Shown here in pieces: positions 55,240-64,000 of a stretch of DNA of 64,000 nt. The stretch is from the NCBI RefSeq assembly GCF_988243305.1, contig NZ_OZ547136.1. One strand, 5' to 3'. Numbering within the stretch: the first letter of the stretch is position 1; each line of letters starts with the position of its first letter. Below the pieces are notes generated by a model. The model worked only from the letters and a program-made list of their open reading frames with translations. It had not been told where the DNA came from and ran no database searches. Position numbers and translations under genes: made by a program.

Positions 55240-56415
55240 ATGGATACGTCACTGGCTGAGGAAGTACAGCAGACCATGGCAACACTTGCGCCCAATCGCT
55301 TTTTCTTTATGTCGCCGTACCGCAGTTTTACGACGTCAGGATGTTTCGCCCGCTTCGATGAACCGGCTGTGAACGGGGATTCGCCCGACAGTCCCTTCCA
55401 GCAAAAACTCGCCGCGCTGTTTGCCGATGCCAAAGCGAAGGGCATCAAAAATCCGGTGATGGTCGGGGCGATTCCCTTCGATCCACGTCAGCCTTCATCG
55501 CTGTATATTCCTGAATCCTGGCAGTCGTTCTCCCGCCAGGAAAAACAAGCTTCCGCACGCCGTTTCACCCGCAGCCAGTCGCTGAACGTGGTGGAACGTC
55601 AGGCAATTCCGGATCAAACCACGTTTGAACAGATGGTTGCTCGCGCCGCCGCACTTACCGCCACGCCGCAGGTCGACAAAGTGGTGTTGTCACGGTTGAT
55701 TGATATCACCACTGACGCCGCCATTGATAGTGGCGTATTGCTGGAACGGTTGATTGCGCAAAACCCGGTTAGTTACAACTTCCATGTCCCGCTGGCTGAT
55801 GGTGGCGTTCTGCTGGGGGCCAGCCCGGAACTGCTGCTACGTAAAGACGGCGAGCGTTTTAGCTCCATTCCGTTAGCCGGTTCCGCGCGTCGTCAGCCGG
55901 ATGAAGTGCTCGATCGCGAAGCGGGTAATCGTCTGCTGGCGTCAGAAAAAGATCGCCATGAACATGAACTGGTGACTCAGGCGATGAAAGAGGTACTGCG
56001 AGAACGCAGCAGTGAGTTAAACGTTCCTTCCTCTCCACAATTGATTACCACGCCGACGCTGTGGCATCTCGCAACTCCCTTTGAAGGTAAAGCGAATTCG
56101 CAAGAAAACGCACTGACTCTGGCCTGTCTACTGCATCCGACCCCCGCGCTGAGCGGTTTCCCGCATCAGGCCGCGACTCAGGTTATTGCTGAACTGGAGC
56201 CGTTCGACCGCGAACTGTTTGGCGGCATTGTGGGTTGGTGTGACAGCGAAGGTAACGGTGAATGGGTGGTGACCATCCGCTGCGCGAAGCTGCGGGAAAA
56301 TCAGGTGCGTCTGTTTGCCGGAGCGGGGATTGTGCCTGCGTCCTCACCGTTGGGTGAGTGGCGCGAAACAGGCGTCAAACTTTCTACCATGTTGAACGTT
56401 TTTGGATTGCATTAA
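55240..56415 (+). CDS. entC: isochorismate synthase, 391 aa
   Basis: Chorismate-binding enzyme sequence; ATG at 55240 with GGAGGA RBS (ORF track starts at an upstream GTG). Confidence 0.9.
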   Translation: MDTSLAEEVQQTMATLAPNRFFFMSPYRSFTTSGCFARFDEPAVNGDSPDSPFQQKLAALFADAKAKGIKNPVMVGAIPFDPRQPSSLYIPESWQSFSRQEKQASARRFTRSQSLNVVERQAIPDQTTFEQMVARAAALTATPQVDKVVLSRLIDITTDAAIDSGVLLERLIAQNPVSYNFHVPLADGGVLLGASPELLLRKDGERFSSIPLAGSARRQPDEVLDREAGNRLLASEKDRHEHELVTQAMKEVLRERSSELNVPSSPQLITTPTLWHLATPFEGKANSQENALTLACLLHPTPALSGFPHQAATQVIAELEPFDRELFGGIVGWCDSEGNGEWVVTIRCAKLRENQVRLFAGAGIVPASSPLGEWRETGVKLSTMLNVFGLH

Positions 56416-56424
56416 GGAGTGAGG

Positions 56425-58035
56425 ATGAGCATTCCATTCACCCGCTGGCCGGAAGAGTTTGCCCGTCGCTATCGGGAAAAAGGCTACTGGCAGGATTTGC
56501 CGCTGACCGACATTCTGACCCGTCATGCCGCAAGCGACAGCATCGCGGTCATCGACGGCGAGCGGCAGTTGAGTTACCGGGAGCTGAATCAGGCGGCGGA
56601 TAACCTCGCGTGTAGTTTGCGCCGTCAGGGCATTAAACCTGGTGAAACTGCGCTGGTACAACTGGGTAACGTCGCTGAACTTTACATTACTTTTTTCGCG
56701 CTGCTGAAACTGGGCGTTGCGCCGGTGCTGGCGCTGTTCAGCCATCAGCGTAGTGAACTGAACGCCTATGCCAGCCAGATTGAACCGGCGTTACTGATTG
56801 CCGATCGCCAGCATGCGCTGTTTAGCGGAGATGATTTCCTCAATACATTTGTTGCAGAGCATTCCTCCATTCGCGTGGTGCAACTGCACAACGACAGCGG
56901 TGAGCATAATTTGCAGGATGCGATTAACCATCCGGCTGAGGATTTTACTGCCACGCCGTCACCTGCTGATGAAGTGGCCTATTTCCAGCTTTCCGGCGGC
57001 ACCACCGGCACACCGAAACTGATCCCGCGCACTCATAACGACTATTACTACAGCGTGCGTCGTAGCGTCGAGATTTGTCAGTTCACACAACAGACACGCT
57101 ACCTGTGCGCGATCCCGGCGGCTCATAACTACGCCATGAGTTCGCCAGGATCGCTGGGCGTATTTCTCGCTGGCGGCACTGTCGTTCTGGCTGCCGACCC
57201 CAGCGCCACGCTCTGCGTCCCATTGATTGAAAAACATCAGGTGAACGTCACCGCGCTGGTGCCACCCGCAGTCAGCCTGTGGTTACAGGCGCTGACCGAA
57301 GGCGAAAGCCGGGCGCAGCTTGCCTCGCTGAAACTGTTACAGGTCGGTGGTGCACGTCTTTCTGCCACGCTTGCGGCGCGTATTCCCGCAGAGATTGGCT
57401 GCCAGTTACAGCAGGTATTCGGCATGGCGGAAGGACTGGTGAACTACACCCGACTTGATGATAGCGCGGAGAAAATAATCCATACCCAGGGCTATCCAAT
57501 GTGTCCGGACGATGAAGTGTGGGTTGCCGATGCCGAAGGAAATCCACTGCCGCAAGGGGAAGTCGGACGCCTGATGACGCGCGGTCCGTACACCTTCCGC
57601 GGCTATTACAAAAGCCCGCAGCACAATGCCAGCGCCTTTGATGCCAACGGTTTTTACTGTTCTGGCGATCTGATCTCTATTGATCCAGAGGGGTACATCA
57701 CCGTGCAGGGGCGCGAGAAAGATCAGATCAACCGTGGCGGCGAGAAGATCGCTGCCGAAGAGATCGAAAACCTGCTGCTGCGCCATCCGGCGGTGATCTA
57801 CGCCGCACTGGTGAGTATGGAAGATGAGCTGATGGGCGAAAAAAGCTGTGCTTATCTGGTGGTAAAAGAGCCTCTACGCGCGGTGCAGGTGCGTCGTTTC
57901 CTGCGTGAACAGGGTATTGCCGAATTTAAATTACCGGATCGCGTGGAGTGTGTGGATTCACTTCCGCTGACGGCGGTCGGGAAAGTCGATAAAAAACAAT
58001 TACGTCAGTGGCTGGCGTCACGCGCATCAGCCTGA
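56425..58035 (+). CDS. entE: 2,3-dihydroxybenzoate-AMP ligase, 536 aa
   Basis: Adenylation motif [19 protein letters not shown] at 56425 with AAGGAG RBS. Confidence 0.95.
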   Translation: MSIPFTRWPEEFARRYREKGYWQDLPLTDILTRHAASDSIAVIDGERQLSYRELNQAADNLACSLRRQGIKPGETALVQLGNVAELYITFFALLKLGVAPVLALFSHQRSELNAYASQIEPALLIADRQHALFSGDDFLNTFVAEHSSIRVVQLHNDSGEHNLQDAINHPAEDFTATPSPADEVAYFQLSGGTTGTPKLIPRTHNDYYYSVRRSVEICQFTQQTRYLCAIPAAHNYAMSSPGSLGVFLAGGTVVLAADPSATLCVPLIEKHQVNVTALVPPAVSLWLQALTEGESRAQLASLKLLQVGGARLSATLAARIPAEIGCQLQQVFGMAEGLVNYTRLDDSAEKIIHTQGYPMCPDDEVWVADAEGNPLPQGEVGRLMTRGPYTFRGYYKSPQHNASAFDANGFYCSGDLISIDPEGYITVQGREKDQINRGGEKIAAEEIENLLLRHPAVIYAALVSMEDELMGEKSCAYLVVKEPLRAVQVRRFLREQGIAEFKLPDRVECVDSLPLTAVGKVDKKQLRQWLASRASA

Positions 58036-58048
58036 AGGAGAGAACACG

Positions 58049-58906
58049 ATGGCTATTCCAAAATTACAGGCTTACGCACTGCCGGAGTCTCACGATATTC
58101 CGCAGAATAAAGTTGACTGGGCCTTTGAACCGCAACGTGCCGCGTTGTTAATCCATGATATGCAGGACTATTTTGTCAGCTTCTGGGGCGAGAACTGCCC
58201 AATGATGGAGCAGGTGATCGCGAATATTGCGGCACTACGCGACTACTGCAAACAGCACAATATCCCGGTTTATTACACCGCCCAGCCGAAAGAGCAGAGC
58301 GATGAAGATCGGGCGCTGTTGAATGATATGTGGGGGCCTGGCCTGACCCGTTCGCCGGAACAGCAAAAGGTGGTGGATCGCCTGACGCCAGATGCCGACG
58401 ACACGGTGCTGGTGAAGTGGCGCTACAGCGCGTTTCATCGTTCTCCGCTGGAGCAAATGCTCAAAGAGAGTGGACGTAACCAGCTGATTATTACCGGGGT
58501 ATATGCCCACATTGGCTGTATGACCACCGCAACCGACGCATTTATGCGCGATATTAAACCGTTTATGGTGGCGGATGCGCTGGCCGATTTCAGCCGTGAC
58601 GAGCATTTGATGTCGCTGAAATATGTGGCCGGACGTTCTGGCCGGGTGGTGATGACCGAAGAATTACTGCCAGCACCTATCCCCGCCAGCAAAGCGGCGC
58701 TGCGTGAGGTGATCCTGCCGTTGCTGGACGAGTCCGATGAACCGTTCGATGACGACAACCTGATCGACTACGGTCTGGATTCGGTGCGCATGATGGCGCT
58801 GGCGGCGCGCTGGCGCAAAGTGCATGGCGATATCGACTTTGTCATGCTGGCGAAAAACCCGACCATCGACGCCTGGTGGAAGCTACTTTCCCGCGAGGTG
58901 AAATAA
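58049..58906 (+). CDS. entB: isochorismatase / aryl carrier protein, 285 aa
   Basis: N-terminal isochorismatase domain and C-terminal carrier domain (LIDYGLDSVRMMAL); stop overlaps the entA start (TAATG). Confidence 0.95.
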   Translation: MAIPKLQAYALPESHDIPQNKVDWAFEPQRAALLIHDMQDYFVSFWGENCPMMEQVIANIAALRDYCKQHNIPVYYTAQPKEQSDEDRALLNDMWGPGLTRSPEQQKVVDRLTPDADDTVLVKWRYSAFHRSPLEQMLKESGRNQLIITGVYAHIGCMTTATDAFMRDIKPFMVADALADFSRDEHLMSLKYVAGRSGRVVMTEELLPAPIPASKAALREVILPLLDESDEPFDDDNLIDYGLDSVRMMALAARWRKVHGDIDFVMLAKNPTIDAWWKLLSREVK

Positions 58907-59652
58907 TGGATTTCAGCGGTAAAAATGTCTGGGTAACTGGCGCAGGGAAAGGTATCGGCTACGCCACGGCGCTGGCGTTTGTTGAGGCGGGAGCGAAAGT
59001 CACTGGTTTTGATCAAGCGTTCGCTCAGGAGCAATATCCCTTTGCGACCGAAGTGATGGATGTTGCCGATGCTGCGCAGGTGGCGCAGGTATGTCAGCGA
59101 CTGTTAGCTGAAACGGAGCGACTGGACGTGCTGGTCAATGCGGCGGGAATTTTGCGCATGGGCGCGACCGATCAGCTCAGTAAGGAGGACTGGCAGCAGA
59201 CTTTTGCGGTCAATGTCGGTGGTGCGTTTAACCTGTTCCAGCAGACCATGAACCAGTTTCGCCGTCAGCGGGGCGGGGCGATTGTTACTGTTGCGTCCGA
59301 CGCCGCACACACGCCGCGCATTGGTATGAGTGCTTATGGCGCGTCGAAAGCGGCGCTGAAAAGCCTGGCGTTGAGCGTTGGGCTGGAACTGGCGGGTAGC
59401 GGCGTGCGCTGTAATGTGGTTTCGCCGGGTTCCACCGACACCGATATGCAACGCACGCTGTGGGTGAGCGATGACGCCGAAGAGCAGCGTATTCGCGGCT
59501 TTGGCGAGCAGTTTAAACTCGGCATTCCGCTGGGGAAAATCGCCCGTCCACAGGAGATCGCCAATACGATTTTGTTCCTCGCCTCTGATCTCGCCAGCCA
59601 TATCACCCTACAGGATATTGTGGTCGATGGCGGCTCAACGCTGGGGGCATAA
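58906..59652 (+). CDS. entA: 2,3-dihydro-2,3-dihydroxybenzoate dehydrogenase (SDR), 248 aa
   Basis: SDR Rossmann motif VTGAGKGIG and catalytic YGASK. Confidence 0.95.
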   Translation: MDFSGKNVWVTGAGKGIGYATALAFVEAGAKVTGFDQAFAQEQYPFATEVMDVADAAQVAQVCQRLLAETERLDVLVNAAGILRMGATDQLSKEDWQQTFAVNVGGAFNLFQQTMNQFRRQRGGAIVTVASDAAHTPRIGMSAYGASKAALKSLALSVGLELAGSGVRCNVVSPGSTDTDMQRTLWVSDDAEEQRIRGFGEQFKLGIPLGKIARPQEIANTILFLASDLASHITLQDIVVDGGSTLGA

Positions 59653-59654
59653 GC

Positions 59655-60068
59655 ATGATCTGGAAACGCCATTTAACGCTCGACGAGCTGAACGCCACCA
59701 GCGATAACACAATGGTGGCGCATCTGGGAATCGTTTACACCCGTCTGGACGATGATGTGCTGGAAGCCGAAATGCCGGTTGATACCCGTACTCATCAGCC
59801 GTTTGGCCTGCTGCATGGCGGCGCGTCGGCGGCGCTGGCGGAAACGCTGGGATCGATGGCCGGATTTATGATGACCTGCGACGGACAGTGTGTGGTGGGC
59901 ACGGAACTTAACGCCACCCATCATCGCCCGGTGTCTGAAGGCAAGGTACGTGGCGTCTGCCAGCCGCTGCATCTTGGGCGGCAAAATCAGAGTTGGGAAA
60001 TTGTTGTTTTCGATGAACAGGGGCGGCGTTGCTGCACCTGTCGGCTGGGTACGGCAGTTTTGGGATGA
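59655..60068 (+). CDS. entH: hotdog-fold proofreading thioesterase, 137 aa
   Basis: PaaI/YbdB-type hotdog sequence directly after entA. Confidence 0.9.
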   Translation: MIWKRHLTLDELNATSDNTMVAHLGIVYTRLDDDVLEAEMPVDTRTHQPFGLLHGGASAALAETLGSMAGFMMTCDGQCVVGTELNATHHRPVSEGKVRGVCQPLHLGRQNQSWEIVVFDEQGRRCCTCRLGTAVLG

Positions 60069-60248
60069 GCCCGACAGAATTAAATGAGATTGCAGGAAAA
60101 CTCGGTTAACGGAGTGATCGAGTTAACATTGTTAAGTTAAATATTGGTTTCAACTCCGATTTACATGGTTGCTGTGTTGTTAAATTGCACAAAGATGTTA
60201 TAGAAACAAAATGTAACATCTCTATGGACACGCACACGGATAACAACT

Positions 60249-62354
60249 ATGAACAAATCAGGGAAATACCTCGTCTGGACAGTGCTCTCTGTAATGGGAG
60301 CATTTGCTCTGGGATATATTGCTTTAAATCGTGGGGAACAGATCAATGCGCTGTGGATTGTGGTGGCGTCGGTCTGTATCTATCTGATCGCTTACCGTTT
60401 TTATGGTCTGTATATCGCCAAAAATGTGCTGGCGGTTGACCCGACGCGTATGACGCCCGCGGTGCGCCATAACGACGGGCTGGACTATGTGCCGACGGAC
60501 AAGAAAGTGCTGTTCGGTCACCATTTTGCGGCCATCGCCGGAGCAGGTCCATTGGTGGGGCCGGTGCTGGCAGCGCAAATGGGCTACCTGCCGGGGATGA
60601 TCTGGCTGCTCGCTGGGGTGGTTCTCGCCGGTGCGGTGCAAGATTTCATGGTGCTGTTTGTTTCTACGCGCCGCGATGGTCGCTCGCTGGGTGAGTTGGT
60701 CAAAGAAGAGATGGGGCCAACCGCCGGGGTGATTGCGCTGGTGGCCTGCTTTATGATCATGGTCATTATCCTTGCCGTGCTGGCGATGATCGTGGTGAAA
60801 GCCCTGACTCATAGCCCGTGGGGAACGTATACCGTTGCGTTCACCATTCCGCTGGCGCTGTTCATGGGGATCTACCTGCGCTATTTGCGTCCGGGGCGTA
60901 TTGGCGAAGTGTCGGTGATTGGTCTGGTGTTCCTGATTTTCGCCATTATCTCTGGCGGCTGGGTGGCAGAAAGTCCGACCTGGGCACCGTACTTTGACTT
61001 TACCGGCGTGCAGCTGACCTGGATGCTGGTGGGTTACGGTTTTGTGGCGGCGGTGCTGCCGGTGTGGTTGCTGCTGGCTCCGCGTGACTACCTCTCTACC
61101 TTCCTGAAAATCGGGACTATCGTCGGTCTGGCGGTGGGCATTTTGATTATGCGCCCGACGCTGACCATGCCTGCGCTAACTAAATTTGTCGATGGCACTG
61201 GCCCGGTATGGACCGGTAACCTGTTCCCGTTCCTGTTTATCACCATCGCCTGTGGCGCGGTGTCTGGCTTCCATGCGCTGATCTCTTCCGGCACCACGCC
61301 GAAGATGCTGGCGAACGAAGGGCAGGCGTGCTTTATCGGCTACGGTGGGATGTTGATGGAATCCTTCGTGGCGATTATGGCGCTGGTTTCCGCCTGTATC
61401 ATCGATCCAGGTGTGTACTTCGCCATGAACAGCCCGATGGCGGTGCTGGCTCCTGCAGGGACGGCGGATGTAGTCGCTTCTGCCGCGCAGGTGGTGAGTA
61501 GCTGGGGCTTTAGCATTACACCAGATACGCTCAACCAGATTGCCAGCGAAGTGGGTGAACAGTCGATCATTTCCCGTGCGGGCGGTGCGCCGACGCTGGC
61601 GGTGGGGATGGCCTACATTCTGCACGGCGCGCTGGGCGGCATGATGGATGTGGCGTTCTGGTATCACTTCGCCATTTTGTTTGAAGCACTGTTTATTCTG
61701 ACGGCGGTGGATGCAGGTACGCGTGCTGCGCGCTTTATGTTGCAGGATCTGCTGGGCGTGGTGTCTCCGGGCCTGAAACGGACCGATTCACTGCCTGCTA
61801 ACCTGCTGGCAACGGCGCTGTGCGTACTGGCGTGGGGCTATTTCCTCCATCAGGGTGTGGTCGATCCGCTGGGCGGTATTAACACCTTGTGGCCGCTGTT
61901 TGGTATTGCCAACCAGATGCTGGCAGGGATGGCGCTGATGCTCTGTGCTGTGGTGCTGTTCAAAATGAAACGTCAACGTTACGCCTGGGTGGCGCTGGTA
62001 CCAACGGCCTGGCTGCTGATTTGTACCCTGACCGCAGGCTGGCAGAAAGCGTTTAGCCCGGATGCGAAAGTCGGCTTCCTGGCCATTGCTAATAAGTTCC
62101 AGGCAATGATCGACAGCGGCAATATTCCGTCGCAGTATACTGAGTCACAGCTGGCGCAACTGGTGTTCAACAACCGTCTGGATGCCGGGTTAACCATCTT
62201 CTTTATGGTGGTCGTGGTGGTTCTGGCGCTGTTCTCGATTAAGACGGCACTGGCGGCATTGAAAGAGCCGAAGCCAACGGCGAAAGAAACGCCGTATGAG
62301 CCAATGCCGGAAAATGTCGAGGAGATCGTGGCGCAGGCGAAAGGCGCGCACTAA
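60249..62354 (+). CDS. cstA: carbon starvation protein A (CstA-family transporter), 701 aa
   Basis: 701-aa polytopic membrane protein of CstA type. Confidence 0.95.
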   Translation: MNKSGKYLVWTVLSVMGAFALGYIALNRGEQINALWIVVASVCIYLIAYRFYGLYIAKNVLAVDPTRMTPAVRHNDGLDYVPTDKKVLFGHHFAAIAGAGPLVGPVLAAQMGYLPGMIWLLAGVVLAGAVQDFMVLFVSTRRDGRSLGELVKEEMGPTAGVIALVACFMIMVIILAVLAMIVVKALTHSPWGTYTVAFTIPLALFMGIYLRYLRPGRIGEVSVIGLVFLIFAIISGGWVAESPTWAPYFDFTGVQLTWMLVGYGFVAAVLPVWLLLAPRDYLSTFLKIGTIVGLAVGILIMRPTLTMPALTKFVDGTGPVWTGNLFPFLFITIACGAVSGFHALISSGTTPKMLANEGQACFIGYGGMLMESFVAIMALVSACIIDPGVYFAMNSPMAVLAPAGTADVVASAAQVVSSWGFSITPDTLNQIASEVGEQSIISRAGGAPTLAVGMAYILHGALGGMMDVAFWYHFAILFEALFILTAVDAGTRAARFMLQDLLGVVSPGLKRTDSLPANLLATALCVLAWGYFLHQGVVDPLGGINTLWPLFGIANQMLAGMALMLCAVVLFKMKRQRYAWVALVPTAWLLICTLTAGWQKAFSPDAKVGFLAIANKFQAMIDSGNIPSQYTESQLAQLVFNNRLDAGLTIFFMVVVVVLALFSIKTALAALKEPKPTAKETPYEPMPENVEEIVAQAKGAH

Positions 62355-62466
62355 AGTCAGAGTGAGGGGGGATGTGCTGAGCGTTCCCCTTACTCTCAGC
62401 CCGAGCGTGTTGATAGCAATTAAGCCCTCTTAATTCAGGAGGGCATTTGTATTACCGGAGGTTTAG

Positions 62467-62664
62467 ATGTTTGATTCACTGGCAAAAGCCGGAAAATATT
62501 TAGGTCAGGCGGCGAAACTGATGATTGGTATGCCTGATTACGACAACTATGTCGAACATATGCGGGTTAACCATCCCGATCAAACGCCGATGACCTACGA
62601 GGAGTTTTTCCGTGAGCGGCAGGACGCGCGCTACGGTGGAAAAGGCGGCGCGCGCTGCTGCTAA
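62467..62664 (+). CDS. ybdD: small DUF466-family protein, 65 aa
   Basis: 65-aa ORF with GGAGG RBS 112 nt after cstA. Confidence 0.8.
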   Translation: MFDSLAKAGKYLGQAAKLMIGMPDYDNYVEHMRVNHPDQTPMTYEEFFRERQDARYGGKGGARCC

Positions 62665-62673
62665 ATATGTACG

Positions 62674-63762
62674 TCAGGCTTTAAACGATTCCACTTTTTC
62701 GAACGCTGCACGCAACGTATCCGGTGTCAGCGTGACCGGCAGGTAATGAATGGATTCCACCGGACGCAAGGTGTGGGCAATCACTTTGTCGATCTCCGCC
62801 TGATTATTGATATCCACTTCCAGCTCCGCCAGCGTAGTCGGCAGATGAAAACGCTGATACGCTCCAGTTAATTGCGCCAGCACATCATCCTGACCCAGCA
62901 AGGCGCTTTGCACCAGAATTCCGTAGGCGACTTTGGTGCCGTGAAGAAACTTCTCGGTTTGCGGCAGCACGGTTAGACCGTTATGCACGGCATGGGCCGC
63001 CGCCACACGCGTAAAACGATCGCCCAGACCACCGACCATTCCACCTCCGGCGATAATCGCATCCACCACATCGCAAAATGATTGCGTTAACTGGTGATTT
63101 TGCTGATCGCTCAGCGCCTGTTCGCTACTGTTTAACAAGACGTCGCGAATAGCCTGCGCATTATTGATCCCTAGCCGCACGGTTAGCGGCAACGTTTCTG
63201 GTTGCGGAGCCAGCACCACCGCTTCATACCATTTCGCCAGCGTGTCACCGATCCCCGCCAGCAGATATTCTTGCGGCGCATTGAGGATAATCTCCGGTTC
63301 CACCAGCACCATAAAATTGGCGTCGTCGAAAATCTCATAATGCAGCGCCTGTCCGGCATCGTTATACCAGACGGAGAGCGGTGTCCAGGCGGCGCAGGTG
63401 GCGGCGATCGTCGGAACGGCAACAAACGGCAGACCGAGACGGCGGGCGAGGGCTTTCGCGGTGTCGAGCAGTGCGCCGCCGCCGACGCCAATCACCACGC
63501 TGCGATCGTCACCGGACTCAGCCGCCAGTTGTTGTACATCGCTTTCGCTGCAATGGCCGCGAAACAAAATATGCTTTGCCCCTGGCAGTTCAAACGCTGG
63601 CGGAAGTTTTGTTTGCGCCGCAGCAATGGCGCGTTCGCCGTAGATCCACACCGCGCGAGAAAGTTGTTCATCAGTGAAAAAATCGTGCAGGTGATTGAAA
63701 CTTCCTGGATGTGAAAAGTAGTTAGCCGGGCCGACGACCACGCGGATAGGATTGTGAGGCAT
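62674..63762 (-). CDS. ybdH: iron-containing alcohol dehydrogenase-family oxidoreductase, 362 aa
   Basis: Fe-ADH / glycerol-DH-like motif VIGVGGGALLDTAKA. Confidence 0.85.
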   Translation of the reverse strand: MPHNPIRVVVGPANYFSHPGSFNHLHDFFTDEQLSRAVWIYGERAIAAAQTKLPPAFELPGAKHILFRGHCSESDVQQLAAESGDDRSVVIGVGGGALLDTAKALARRLGLPFVAVPTIAATCAAWTPLSVWYNDAGQALHYEIFDDANFMVLVEPEIILNAPQEYLLAGIGDTLAKWYEAVVLAPQPETLPLTVRLGINNAQAIRDVLLNSSEQALSDQQNHQLTQSFCDVVDAIIAGGGMVGGLGDRFTRVAAAHAVHNGLTVLPQTEKFLHGTKVAYGILVQSALLGQDDVLAQLTGAYQRFHLPTTLAELEVDINNQAEIDKVIAHTLRPVESIHYLPVTLTPDTLRAAFEKVESFKA

Positions 63763-63871
63763 GTTGTGTTGTCCCTATTGTTTTATTTAGACATCTAAAC
63801 GTCTTGATTGCCAAATACTAGCATCGTGTTATAGTGCCTTCAACACGCAACTTCGTCAGGCACAATAAAAA

Positions 63872-64000
63872 ATGACAAATAACCCTCTGATTCCACAAAG
63901 CAAACTTCCACAACTTGGCACCACTATTTTCACCCAGATGAGCGCGCTGGCGCAGCAACACCAGGCGATTAACCTGTCGCAAGGCTTTCCTGATTTTGAT
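63872..64000 (+). CDS. ybdL: PLP-dependent aminotransferase, N-terminal 43 aa (3' end outside window)
   Basis: MTNNPLIPQSKLPQLGTTIFTQMSALAQQHQAINLSQGFPDFD is an aminotransferase class I/II N-terminus; ORF runs to the window edge. Confidence 0.8.
   Translation, partial: MTNNPLIPQSKLPQLGTTIFTQMSALAQQHQAINLSQGFPDFD

Noticed and set aside
60069-60248. CRP-binding site upstream of cstA
   Set aside because: cstA is expected to be CRP-activated, but I could not place a convincing TGTGA-N6-TCACA match; the best candidates have only 3-4 of 5 matches per half-site.

Overview
This window reads as a contiguous, almost entirely annotated stretch of Escherichia coli chromosome; I do not see a clearly novel biological system, and all identifications rest on motif recognition and recalled gene order, not on a database search. 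Gene order: fdrA (5' truncated)-ylbE-ylbF-ybcF | purE-purK | lpxH-ppiB | cysS | ybcI, ybcJ-folD | sfmACDHF + fimZ | argU tRNA-Arg | envY, ybcH-nfrA-nfrB | cusS-cusR <> cusCFBA | pheP | ybdG | nfsB | ybdF-ybdJ-ybdK | two hok/mok loci | entD-fepA <> fes-ybdZ-entF, fepE | fepC-fepG-fepD <> entS | fepB <> entCEBAH | cstA-ybdD | ybdH | ybdL (3' truncated). Every ORF of 60 aa or more that is not an antisense or overlap artefact maps onto a recognisable gene, and I found no integrase, transposase, IS element or CRISPR array. The features worth a second look are modest: (1) two tandem, intact hok/mok type I toxin loci between ybdK and entD, where the K-12 reference (from memory) has one copy plus IS186; (2) argU sits 45 bp from envY with no prophage, so the argU integration site looks unoccupied; (3) ylbE is an uninterrupted 419-aa ORF, so the fdrA-ylbE-ylbF-ybcF cluster is intact; (4) several hairpins and palindromes in intergenic regions. 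Many ORF-track entries are N-terminally over-extended; start codons were re-picked from RBS context and expected protein lengths.
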